From assembly GCA_051294905.1 (NCBI GenBank), contig CM119376.1, forward strand, positions 25,854,001 to 25,918,000: DNA of 64,000 bases, given 5' to 3'. Both the position numbers and the translations under genes were made by a program. The notes under the pieces are model-generated. The model did not search any database. It was not told where the DNA came from and worked only from the letters and a program-made list of their open reading frames with translations. Below are positions 1 through 41,461 of the stretch, piece by piece; position 1 is the first letter of the stretch; each line of letters begins with the position of its first letter. The stretch is from Botryllus schlosseri (taxonomy: Eukaryota).

Positions 1-637
1 AATGATAGGGTTGTGGCCAGAGTTAGACAACCGGAAGATTTTCAGCTTCTCACAACTAGATCAGAATCGATGATACCTACCGTTTCTGCCGAATTACATT
101 AGAATTGAATTTCTGAATTTGCAGAGCCTTGCAAATTGAATTTCATTATGAATTAGAAAGCTGTGCAACGAAAAACGAATTCAGTTGATGTCAATTCTGA
201 GTTCATCCTCATAAGCACGAGAGCCGTGGCTGTCTGTGCACTGTACAGTGTACACCAAGCTTCGCACTATACAGATATGCAGTGTTTTCAAGAAAGCTGG
301 AAATTAAAGTACATCAGAATTAAAGCATAGAAACACTTCACAAATCCGATTAGAATTAGATCATAAGCATTTCGCTTTCATTAGGGATCTAGGATATTCT
401 ACTCCAAGTCTGGATGTTGCGGGAGGGATCAGGCGTAGCACTTATTCCAAAACGTAAGGATCGCAGAGCAGCATGCCGCTGTGGTAACCCGACACTTTGG
501 AGAAGTCGAAAGGCTTGAAGCTCCATGAATTCCACACGTCACTTTGTGCAGGACACTGAGTGATTATCTAGAATGCTGGGATATAGAACTATATATATCC
601 CTGATCCGGGCAAATTCGGGATGTACCTTATCTGTAC

Positions 638-1546
638 CAGTGTTGGGATGACTCGAGTCATGACTTGACTCGAGTCAACTTTTTCGTGTGACTTGACTTG
701 ACTCGAGTCACTTCGAAAAAATGACTTGACTTGGCGCTTCAAAAATGTAGATTGACTCGTGACTCGGAGCAAAATTTACGAGTCAATTTCAAGTCATCAA
801 ATAATCTCTGTACCTTGTTTATGTTCGGATTATTCGTGATACGCCTGTGGGACTAGTGAGAGCAACCAGTCATTCACTGATTGTACCTTTCACTGACCCC
901 CCTTGTTACATCACAAATAAATTGAACGAAAACGAACTGATGACAGCTTACGTTTATGTGCTATCAGTAGCATAATCTAATAGCAACGTATCTCTGTTTC
1001 TTAGACGGCTCAGTGCGTACATCGCGCAGTGCCCACCTTAGCCAACCCCCTTGTATGATTTGAATTGAACGAATATAGTTTATGCGTTTATATTCTCACG
1101 GATGTGTAGATGGATAGTGTATTATACCATGTCAATTTGTTTCAACTTCTCGACGCTTCGTATTCGATCCTCTATTTTGGCTCACGTATTTAATTAGCGG
1201 CTCTACGTCTGCTCAATCGATACAACGACTTTTTGCATTATATATATTTAACTTTATGTTCGTTTGCAAATATATTTGACTTCATACTCGTTATTTGATT
1301 CAAGACATATGACCAATACATCTGTCTTTCACACATATAGCAAAATGTAATGACTTTGAATGATCACTCGTACTTCAAAAAACCAATTTGACTTGAATTG
1401 TGACCTGACTTGACTCGAGTCATCTCCAAAAAACGAGTGACTTGACTTGACTCGAGTCACCTTCGAAAATCGATTGACTTGACTTGACTCGAGTCAAAAT
1501 GTGCAATGACTCGTGACTCGAAGGTAGTGACTTGATCCCAACACTG
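638..1546. mobile_element. Non-autonomous hAT-like element with GACTCGAGTC arrays
   Basis: TIR CAGTGTTGGGAT / ATCCCAACACTG; subterminal GACTCGAGTC and GACTTGACT arrays; degenerate flank duplication ATCTGTAC / ATTCTGTAC. Confidence 0.8.
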
Positions 1547-1896
1547 ATTCTGTACTCGATCCGTAGCCAGAATCATAACGGTCATCCGTATGTGCCTCTC
1601 TGAATGATCCCGAAGTTTTGGTTCTATGGTCTCATGGACTACGTACAAGAGATTAAATGTACGAGAGCATTTACTTCAACATGAACTGGAGAAATCTACA
1701 TAGTACTATTAATCCACAGTCACATACTTAACAACCCACAAATAGATCGCCAACGCTATTGATGTCACATTAATCTGTTGTGGAATGTGGTGTACCAGTA
1801 GCGTTTGTTCACTCATCATAAATAATATTCCACCAGGGATTTCTAGAAATCCCTGTATTCCACATCAAAACTAACAAATCCATACTTCGAATAAAC

Positions 1897-2219
1897 TAGG
1901 GATACCGTACTTCGAGATCTGGAAGAGGACACTTTTACAAATCGCTGAACTTATAAAAATTGGACGAGAATACGGGTAATTTGAAAATTTTGACTGGAAA
2001 TGCTGTCAATTTGACTAGACTAGATTGACTCCCGGAAGATCCGCTCTAAGCTTTTTAGTCATCCTTGACGTCAAAATCCAGATTTAGCGTCGTTTATGGC
2101 GTTTTTCAGTTCTGCCTGTCAAATCTATAAAGTAGGATAAACTGCCAAAAAGGAGGACATTTTGGATTCTGTGAAAAAGGAGGTCAAATCCTCCTAAAGG
2201 AGGACGTACAGTAACCCTA
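1897..2219. mobile_element. hAT-like MITE
   Basis: TIR TAGGGATACCGTAC / GTACAGTAACCCTA; AATAAAC repeated on both flanks; subterminal AGGAGG motifs. Confidence 0.7.
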
Positions 2220-2536
2220 AATAAACAGACCAGTTTGAAAATATCCAGATGTGTATTTGGTTGCTTTTGAAATATATATGCACGTACACTATAAAATCAT
2301 AATTAAAACATTCAATGCAACTTCTTGATTTTGAAAACTTGAAATAAAGACATCAACCTTTGCGTCATAAATGCCAAACGAAATGCACAATGATACACCC
2401 TCAACCTTAAAAATCTTGTCTCGAATCAAGGTCACATTTGTAACAACTGGTAAACATAACCATATTGTAGTGTCGCGGCGGAATCCCAGAGGAAAACATG
2501 CCTCGATTGCGTGAAACGTGATCCATCCATATGCGA

Positions 2537-5500
2537 TCACACATCGTCATCTGCTCCCGATTCCACAATCAGAACCTCCCTATTCTCATAGGTCCAGAAG
2601 CCATTCAGATCTATCAATATATTGGTCACTGTTTCACCCTGGCCGCTGTTGATCAGATCCTGAGAGAATTTAGGACACAACATTAGTTGGTTAAACTTTG
2701 TTTCAAAGGCAAACAACTGAATTCCAGAATGAAATCTTTCTCGACCAATTCTTATCATTTATTGATACATTATACTCTTTTACCTGTAATGTAATTTTGA
2801 GTGGGTCAGTTGGCTTCACCATATCAAATATTTCGTCTTTCACATCAGCAAACGAGACTGGATCTTGACCGTGGACTTTCATCATTTCCTGAAGTTGAAA
2901 ACATCATTAAACCGTCCGTAGCATAAGTTACAAAGATAAATTCATACACCTGGAATACTGTAATTTCAGTTTGTCAATACCATATAGTTATGAAATTTAC
3001 GAGTACAATACAGGTCAATGAATTCAAAACTTGATGGTTCAACATTACATAATTTACCTCAATCAACAAATTCACATAATCAAATACTTGGAACTAGCAA
3101 AGTATTTAATCGTCATCAAACTCACTTGGATGTCCCTGAAGAAATAGTTGAGAGCAAACACATTCAGGTATCCGCGATTTTGCACGTCAAGCAGCTTGAA
3201 TAGGTACTGAAGAGCGGCAGGCTCTTTTCGATTTTCCATAGCAAGGACAAAGTCGAGATAGGTCTTGTAGTCCATTTCGCCGTCGTATGTTAAGCATTCT
3301 TGGAAGACGCGATCCAAAAAGACTTTTGTGAGAGTTCCGGTACCATATCTGGAAAATCGAGAAAATGATGATGCCTATGAGGGTAAACAAATTGAAAGAT
3401 CATCGATCCCCTAAATCAGGGGTGTCAAACTCAGATTGCGTCGCGGGCCGGATTCAAGGCTCCAAATCACCCGCGGGCCGGACCAGTCAACTGATTCCAA
3501 AATATTACCTCCTACCCTTGCTTTTCACTTAAATATTTTAGTACCAAGCATATGGATAATACACGGCTCATAAAGGTTTTATTCTATCACGTCGCAACAC
3601 CATTAATCGCGAACAATTTATAGAATTGGCGAAAATATTATGATTGTTCTGCTGAATACAGTTGAAGAACCGATGAAACAGTGGCGCTAACGACGATATA
3701 AGTTGGCATATTTCTATGCTCCCTTTGCTGTATTAGTAATAGGGCGTCAGCCAAGCGTATGCGCTGTGTGAAATACAAGATATTCAACTGTAAACACGGA
3801 CATTTGAATTTAGGTTGTTATTATGAAATCGCATGTCGGGTTTCTCTCAAAGTCCGGGGACCTATTGGGTGAAAAGTGACACAGCCGCGCAATCATTGAT
3901 ATTTGGATTATATATTTGTGTACCTGATGTATATCTTCTATGTAAACTACATATACCGGTGCCGTGTTGGCGTTTTCTATTATGGGAATAACTACTTTTT
4001 GTTCCGTTTTTTCACAAAACTCTGAAATCAGTGCGCACATTTGGCGTTTTCGAATTAGAGAGAGTGAAACCACAACGCCGTAGTCGGTGGTATCCGGGTA
4101 GGACTCCAGAACGACAACAACCTAGATGTTGGAGAATTATCTATGCTCCTCCTCATCATCTCATCCGCGTAAGCGGTGTCTTACAGAAGTCTGGAAGTGA
4201 GCCGTGCTAACAGTCGGCAATTACGGAATCAAACATGGAATCTCGGCCTGGTGTAAATGGCCATTGTAGTCGACTAACACCATGAATACCGCAAAAAACA
4301 ACATAATGTTGCCTATGAACTGAACATGCTATATAGGCATTTGCTGTCTTGGAGGAATATTCAATAGAAGTATTTCCTGCAAAAAATCTCAACATTTGTT
4401 ACAAATGTGCTGGATAATATAAGCATTATTTTAATATACTCAGAATTGCTTCGCGAGCCGGATGAAATGGTCTGGCGGGCCGGATGCGGCCCGCGGGCCG
4501 TATGTTTGACACCCCTGCCCTAAATAGTGAACACTGCAGTATCATCACTATTTCATCAAACCTTCACCTAATCCCTAGAGATGATACATTTGTCAATACA
4601 AATGTAAACTAATCAGGCGCAAGTAAAAAATGGTTGGAAACTAGGCATACTCAAGTAGCATAGAAGTTGTTGAAAATGTTACATCACTGAGCAGTGAGCA
4701 CACACAGTCAGTGCACCACTTTGGCTATTAAATTGATTACATACAAATTAAAATCACAATATAATCGACTCAAAGAGATTCTTGGAGGCACAGAACTGCA
4801 ATATACAGTTGAATAATATATTGATATTGAAAAAAACCCGACTATTTACGGCTGACTCTCGTCAGGGGTAATCGTCAGCAACTAGTAGAGAATTCAAAGG
4901 AACATTGTATATCAACAATCGTATCACCAATTGGTCAATTTGATTTCATTTGGGATAGACATTTTGAACAAGACTTGATTAACAAATCAAAAAGAGCATA
5001 TCAAATCCCAACAACGTGAAGCAAGAAAAAGTTCAAACCTCGCCAATTCTTCCTTGCTCAACATTCCGTTGTGGTCCTTGTCCAAATTCAAATACTGTCC
5101 ATAAACCCTCAACGCAGACGGTGCCGAAAACCAGTTTGCTTCTTGGACTTCTTTAGAAAGTTCCTCGTCTCGTAGCTCGAGCAGATCGTCCAGAAAACCA
5201 CAAGCGAGAATATCCTGTATCTTAATTCTAAATAACAGAATAATTTGAAGATATTCTTAAAGGTACAGAACAATTGGACAGTACATTCATATTGAAATAA
5301 ACCCAATATTTTCAGCTGACATTCATCAGCAACTAGTAAAGATTGTAGATCACCAATCGTATCAACAAATATAACGTTACCAGCATGAAATTTTGAATAT
5401 TGGAGTATATGAATGAGTAATATGAATGTGTCAATACCTTCCCGTTCTCATCGGGTCCAGGAAGAAGAAAAATTTTCGGACTCCTGTGCAAACGTAAAAC

Positions 5501-8500
5501 GAATAGAATGATCGCTCCAAGCCGTCTAGTTGGGGAAGAGTGGGTATCAGTTCCAAAATGTAATTTTCTAAATCGGCTTCGCGTAGATAACCCTGACCCG
5601 CGACATCATACAGGCTGAGACCTATTCTGGTCTGATGCAACCAAACCTGAGTAAAAATGAAAGATACGTTTGATCAAGGGGCATGGCATACTTAGGGGCA
5701 GTCAGTAAGAAGAACTTATATTTTTTAGAGTGATCATATAGGTTATGCCTACTTGTTTGCGTACTAAAGCGGTCATGTGTTACTTCTACTGAACAGTTTT
5801 CTTGGGCAAAACTACTTTTCACACTTTCGAGTTTGAAAAGTAGAGAGTGGTTCATGATAAGTTTGCATTACAATCATCAGTAAAATTGTCATGTGCGCCA
5901 CATGAATATCAATGTAACTGAATATATCGTACCTATTAGTACAGGGGTTCTCAAAGGGTGGGCCATGGCCCAGTGGTGGGCCACAGGAGCATTTGAGATG
6001 GGCCGCAAACCTATTTAGAAAATTTTAGAATTAATGTAAGTTTAGCTATATTTGTTTTATGTTAAACGCTAAAAATATATTCATAAACCTTTTTATCCGA
6101 CTCTGAGGATACGTAGTGGCACGTATGTACCAGTGTACAAGTAGAAAACGGGAGGGACAACCGGCGGCTTTCTCTACTGGTTATGAAAACCAACGGCTGG
6201 AGCAACTAAAATATTTTGGAGTATATAATAACTTGACGGTAATGCTGAACTAACCAAGCACTCCAGCAGGGTCATATGTCGTATGCCGTAGAAAGGGTTG
6301 TGCAATAAACTCGTAATGAACTGCAATTGATCATTGATGTATAGATTTACTGTACTTCGGCAGGTCGTATTATTGTACGATAAAAATAGCCATAATTGCA
6401 AATTATTAGCAACTTCTGGTGAAGGTATACTTCACCACTTCAACGAATCGTAATGGATTGAGGATTAGCGGAGCGCATTAATCTTTGGAGTCAGTTTAAA
6501 ATGTCCGGCCTTGAAATCATTTTAGGCTACATAATGTAAGACTCACGTGAATTAATTTTATCACTGGATTGGATATTATGACATCGCAACTCCATTTGGT
6601 TTGGTACATAAGACATACAATGTAGCCTACATTGTACAGCATGCATATTAAAAGAACTCCTTTTCCACTTCTCTGTATTACCCCATTCATTAATGAATTG
6701 TTTGAAGCTGGCCCAGAATGATTATATTATTCCCCACAATAGTGGAACTAAAACTCTAATCGCACAGTGGATCATTGATCATTGTGTTTCGCGACTCGAA
6801 AGGAGCAGCGGACGATCATAATATACACAGGAGATTTAGCCTATGATCTACCAGGTCCGTAACTGCCGCACCCAAACCACAAATTGGGGGAGATCGAGGG
6901 AGCGAAAGATTATTTCGTTGGTCGTCAACTTGAAAATTTTCGTCGCGCTTTGCGCGATTTCATGTCCCGGAAGGTCTTCATTTAAATATCATCGGTATAT
7001 TAAGAGTAAAATGCGCATTTAACGGGATTATGACTCTAGATAATAGGTGGGCCACAGCACATTTTGAAACCGGAAAATGGGCCACAGCCAAGAAATGGCT
7101 GAGAACCCCTGAATTAGTATGTTACATAGTTACAAGGTTGTAACCAAGTCACAAGGCTCCGAGTCACAAGTCAATCTCAATTTAATAGTTTTGACTCAAG
7201 TCAAGTCGAGTCATTTTCAATTCACCACCGAGTCAAGTCCGAGTCCAAGCCAGCGAGCAGAGGGTCGAGTCCGAGTCATGGTATTATGACTCGAGTCCGA
7301 GTCCAAGTCATTGCGTTAACTGCTCAGTTTCGAGTTGAAGTCTTGTTAAAACCACTTTTTATAACTCTGTTTGGTGATATCGAATGGTTCGCATTAAAAA
7401 TAGACAATTTTCCTCACTTTTAAGTTTCTGGTCACGTTTTTAAGTACATGTACCAAAAGGCGAAATACCAGCAGTGTGGTTACTTTACTATTCTTCGAAA
7501 TTACAATGAAATGTCGGTCTTTTTCGTCTGAGACTCAAGTCAATACCGAGTCATTTCCGTATTTTGGAGAATATGACTCGAGTCATCAGAAAATCGCGAC
7601 TCGAGTCGAGTCATTACAACCCTGGTATGTTATCAAGTAACTAAATGCTAAAAGTATCCGATCATTCATATAACTACTGATGCTGGCTTGACTCTTTATC
7701 GTAATTTCAATTTTCTACTTCCACGTGAAGTAGTTTTGAAAGCTCTAGGAAATTGCTACTTGTACTTGTAATTGACAAGAATTTTTACTTGTACTTTTGC
7801 TTCAGTAGTACGGCCGATCACCTCTACTGCAGTGACGATTGTATTTCAGATGCATCTCTCAGAGGGAACAAAAGAGCACCATTGCTGCTAAAAATCGTGA
7901 TGTGAGGGGTCTGAGAGGAATATTTTCCAAAATCCTTAACTATTTTTGAGCAAACTGTCACAGTTGTTTCAACTGATTTGCACAAAGTAAAAGCACCCCA
8001 ATCCAATTATATAAGTTCTGAAATCTTGGAGTTACCATTATTACCTTTCTCATAACATAATTGAAGAATTGCAAGATCGATATCCTGCCGAGAGGGTCCT
8101 TTTGATATAACTTTCCGAAAACGATTGCAGAGAAAAATTGCTTGCACTTTTTGCTGGCTTTCTTTCCAACCTGGAAATGATCAGGAATCAGCACTACCTC
8201 AGCGTGGACAAGGCCCTGATGTCAGTAAAACAAATTCTGCCACACAACAGTTGGAAATCTATTATCTATCAAGTAATGAAATAAAGATACCTCAAGAAAA
8301 TCTTCATAATTTATCATTTGTTCATCGCCGGAAACCGGTGGTGTATGATTTTTATCCAACAGATACCACAAGTTCTGGAGTTCATCGTTATCAAGGAGTT
8401 CCCTATGCAAAATGAAGTGATTATAAAATGTAAAACTTCGGTGAGAAAATGAGGAATATTGGAACACATTTAGTCGCCTACCTGCTTCTTCTTTGTAGAA

Positions 8501-8747
8501 AAACTGCCCTCGATTCTTCGCGTAACTTTTGTAAAAGCACTTCATCTTCGGCAGGAAGTCTGTAGTAAAACCTAGGGATGGACTTATATGATGATGGCTC
8601 TGAAGAATATCCGCTTTTCCAATTCTCGTATAATTTTGTGAATTGATCAAGCTCTTGCGCAGTTTTGGCGTCTTCAGTTAACTCAGGTTTATCATCGCCG
8701 GGATCTTTATTGGTGACATATTTTTTTAATTTCTCTTTCCAGTCCAT
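2537..8747 (-). CDS. PPP2R3C: Protein phosphatase 2A regulatory subunit B'' gamma; exons (descending) 8747-8482, 8402-8291, 8170-8045, 5646-5438, 5227-5039, 3348-3126, 2888-2784, 2659-2537; 450 aa
   Basis: Starts MDWKEKLKK and contains RLPAEDEVLLQKLREESRAVFLQRRSRELLDNDELQNLW, FFNYVMRKVWLHQTRIGLSLYDVAGQGYLRE, ALRVYGQYLNLDKDHNGML and IDLNGFWTYENRE. All 7 introns are GT-AG with consistent phase; 1353 nt CDS. Confidence 0.97.
3417..4517. mobile_element. Non-autonomous hAT (Charlie-like) element in PPP2R3C intron 5
   Basis: TIR CAGGGGTGTCAAAC / GTTTGACACCCCTG; perfect 8-bp TSD CCCTAAAT; subterminal GCGGGCCG motifs. Confidence 0.92.
4775..4932 (-). repeat. Penelope-like tail copy
   Basis: Reverse complement of the tail (CGTCAGGGGTAATCGTCAGCAACTAGTAGAGAA). 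Confidence 0.8.
5238..5392 (-). repeat. Degenerate Penelope-like tail copy filling most of PPP2R3C intron 4
   Basis: CAGCTGACATTCATCAGCAACTAGTA...ACCAGCATG matches the family. Confidence 0.7.
5942..7111. mobile_element. Non-autonomous hAT element in PPP2R3C intron 3
   Basis: TIR CAGGGGTTCTCA / TGAGAACCCCTG; TSD TATTAGTA / AATTAGTA (7 of 8); subterminal GGGCCAC motifs. Confidence 0.88.
7133..7624. mobile_element. hAT MITE, CAGGGTTG family, copy 1
   Basis: Ends CAAGGTTGTAAC / TTACAACCCTG; internal GACTCGAGTC arrays; closely similar to 10166-10683. Confidence 0.85.
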
Positions 8748-9742
8748 TGTCAACCTAACCTTGGAATTTATTCCCGCTTGAAGACAACGGAAAGATTATA
8801 AGTAGTTAAAATTTTCTTGCCAAGTAAAAAAGTATAAACAAACGACCAGTAACCACTCATGCGAGCAAAACAGAAAACTGATCATGGGTAATAATGAGAC
8901 ATAAACCCAGCCCATACATCATCAGATTACGATGTAGGAACAGAGTGCGAACAGGACCAGGGTTTTATTTCATATGCCATGCTATCACAGGTACAATTAT
9001 CTAATTCAAATAAGGATAATTCAAATTAGAATGAGAAAGAAAATATATTACTACAACCATTACTGACTGTACGGTGTGGTAGAAACCAAGAGTAACAGAA
9101 AACCTTAATTATATACACCCTGTCGGTATGGTATTTTACATATTGTCATCTTCTACTCCTAGTCCTACATGAAGTTCACGCGATAAAATTTATTCATTAT
9201 TCATGGATGGCTGCATAATATTTGAACTGCAGTAAACTCAACAGTTGCTCAGGGAACCAGTTATCGTTTACATTTGTGGCCACTAGAAGACGCTAATCTC
9301 TGAATTTGTTTCCATATTTGATGTCATTATGGATAAGTTTCTATTAATTTACATTGTAAATAACGCGAAAACTTGATATTTCTTCCAACACATACTACTT
9401 TAGTCATAAATGTTCAAATCTGTCTATTTACCGGTATGGCTCTTATGTCATTGCACTGTATCCCAAAATGTTTTGTTGTGGAGACTGCCATGGAGAACGC
9501 CGGGCATATTTGCTCCAGTCATGTTGATGGTTGCCAACATTATGGTATATTCAGTTAGTTAGGTTTATATAACATGTTTAGAGATCGCATGACATGTTGT
9601 GTTTGTATATTTTGATCGACAGCTCCAATCTGTGAAGCCGTATATCCACATATTGTTATCAGTCCAGTTTTGTAGATAATTTAGTTGTTGTGTGTGGTGT
9701 TTATTTTGAGTTGAGTTCATGAATGCTGTCGAGGCCGCTAGG
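8748..9742. promoter_or_regulatory. Putative bidirectional promoter interval PPP2R3C / TTLL5
   Basis: Head-to-head ATGs 995 bp apart; no TSS data. Confidence 0.55.
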
Positions 9743-38985
<29,243 letters not shown>

Positions 38986-40110
38986 ATGAAGAAACCATGT
39001 CGTCTTCGCAAAGAGATTCACGCTCCCAAGCAATGCAATTCGTTACTGTTCGTGTTTTATGCAAGCGGGCTCTCTCAAAATTGATAATTCCTGCACTCCT
39101 TTATATACGGTGATATGTAGTTTGAGGTAATCCCGCTTTTCCGATAGTTTCCTATGTCTTGACAAAACGACCTGTTTGTAGATCAAGTAGTGAATCGAAA
39201 ATTCGTCATCGTTTGGCGCTAAATTTTGTATTGATCTGGGATGATTCAGCCCTTCGTGTCACAAGCAGTGATATGAATTACTCTTTTTACCATGTTGGAA
39301 GACAATTTGTGGGATGAAAGCAGTCATCTGTGATTTTAACTATGTGGCTGAGTATTAGGATTAGTAGTCACCGGGATCACATGATTTCGTCACGCTTTGG
39401 AAATACTTTTCTGATCTGCATTTTCGATGGATTGACCTCGTGTACTGAAGCATCTTCCCTTGTAGTTGAGACTGCACGTCTTAATATTTTCTCATCTCAG
39501 ATGAGGAACTATCTTTCTTGTGGTTTCTGTCTTTGGATAGAATGTCAATCGCTTTCCCCCTGTGTTATGTATGAATTCAGAAGTCATTCTGCACTGTGCT
39601 TCGTGTCGGCACCTAAGGTTTTAGCTTGGGTGCTGTTTTGGTAGAGAATACATTTGATGCTCTATCCACTGTTCGGCATTGTACAAATTATTCTGCACTC
39701 CTCCGTTTTCTGTGTGGATCTACCATGTACATAGTCTTTTGCTATTTACTTGGATAATACGAATGTGTTGCACATCCGACTAGAGATCTCTTCTCTAAAT
39801 ATGTTCCTACTGTGGATTTTTTCCCTTTTTATGCTTGGTGAACACTACAGTTATCCAAATATATTTTAGTGTCAAGATTGAAATGGTTCTTGATTCGTGA
39901 AGTTTCAGCGATAAGAGAGAGAGAGAGAGAATGAAATGAAGAATGAGTCTTAATCGTAATTTATACAGGATTGTTTTGCAACCTGTTAAACAACGAAAAT
40001 TGGCATTTATGACAGACATGGAGCTGTTTCGTGGTTCTGCAGGTGGTTGTAGCAAAGAACGGGCAAATGGACCCACTGATTCAGAATTGCATCAAATCAT
40101 TATTCATTCC

Positions 40111-41113
40111 TCATGAATCGAATCGACAGGAAAAACCACTTCGCTGGCAAAACGGTTTTGATTGACAGCACCCAATAGTTATGACTGGTAACTGATTTGT
40201 ACAAAGGCGTCTCGTGCCGAAACATCCTTTTCGACTTGAAGTTATAGCGCATAAAAGCTTTTTCAATTGTAGTAGCACACGCGCATCTTCCTCAATATGG
40301 TCTTTCAAAATCCATACTGTTGCTGAAGTGCCATCTACCCCAAACATAAATGACGAGCATGTCGATGTAAGATGAAACATGCTCCTACAGTTGATTTCGA
40401 CCCTGTGATAGAAATCATCCTCAAAATATAATGCGAGAGACTGTGGCAGTAAGGAATGCTGTATATCGTACGGTACCATTATCGAATTCGATAGTACCAT
40501 GCGTGAGAATGTAAAATTAGAGAATTTATTCGTTCTACTCAAGTAGAGTAGAGACGACACAGAGTGGCGAGTTCTGAGCTAGGCCAAACATACTTGAAGT
40601 ATAATAACAAGGTTTTTCCTACAGCGTCTTTACAAAAAAACAGACGTTCTCGATACCCGCGAGGGACGAATACAAGGAAAGCGAAGGAAAATGAGCAAGA
40701 AAAAGCGTCTAAAAGACAACCTATCGAGAACTGTGACATTGGGCATTGGGCCGAGATGGATGTACTTGGTAGTTTGACCATGCTACCATAGCAATTTACA
40801 ACGTAGCTACGTTGTAAATTGTTATGATGCTACTATGTGTACTATCTGCTCATTGCACCCCCTGTTGTCATGTACATTCTATTATACATTGTGTGTCTTC
40901 AGTGAAATAAAAATAATGGAACCGCCGAATATTATACCTTTATTGATATTAATAGAAAATATAAGCTTCAAGAACTGTTGAATTCGTTCTAAATGAAACT
41001 TGTCTGGACAAAAAAACACTTAAGCAATAAGTAACGAACGTAAAAAAGTTTACATATTTGAAAATTTCAACATAATTATTGGTCATTTGCAACTCAGCAT
41101 CACCAATCCTCAT
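40111..41113 (-). other. Candidate unassigned small gene or pseudogene (putative exons 41113-41054 and 40440-40111)
   Basis: 149-codon stop-free frame at 40111-40560 with an acceptor-like CATTCCTTACTGCCACAG at 40441. A possible ATG exon MRIGDAELQMTNNYVEIFKY ends at a GTAAAC donor in phase 0. No family recognised. Confidence 0.25.
40640..40925 (+). repeat. Diverged relative of the 53085 SINE body
   Basis: Shared GAACTGTGACAT[T/C]GGGCA...GGCCGAG[A/G]TGGATGT core and ACATTGTGTGT...ATAAAAAT tail. Confidence 0.65.
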
Positions 41114-41461
41114 GTTCTTCGCCTTCTTGCATCTTTGCACCGCACGGTGGAGACGGTGTGTTTCTCTCTGAACCGAAAATCCGAAGCGTGACGTGTAAAA
41201 AGTGCCGGGACTCGTTGCGTTCGCCACGTCCAGTCGAAATTGATCATATATAATCTTTTGTATTAATTTTTGTCGTGTCTAGTAGCGTTCTGTCGGTTGC
41301 GATCTAGAAAAAATTGTATATATATTCGTGTTAAATACTCACAGCTTCTTCCCAGTATATAAACGGTGTGTCGAAGTCGTGAAAACTGAAAAGCAGATGG
41401 AGCATTTCATACATTGATAAGCTCTAAGTCTTTATACTAACTTACAGGTTAATCGTAGATT

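Noticed and set aside
1-450. 3' end of an upstream plus-strand gene (open frame 1-105; exon-like stretch ~389-453 with a GTAAGG donor)
   Set aside because: Too short to recognise, no start or homology visible, and it overlaps a dispersed repeat.
641-780. Regularly recurring GACTCGAGTC/GACTTGACT units resembling a CRISPR or satellite array
   Set aside because: Eukaryotic context, irregular spacing and no unique spacers; the units are subterminal motifs of TIR elements with TSDs.
8171-8290. U12-type intron in PPP2R3C (donor GTATCTTT, TTCCTGAT near the 3' end)
   Set aside because: Both signals deviate from the U12 consensus (GTATCCTT, TCCTTAAC) and are compatible with an ordinary U2 intron; it would need scoring with intronIC to revive.
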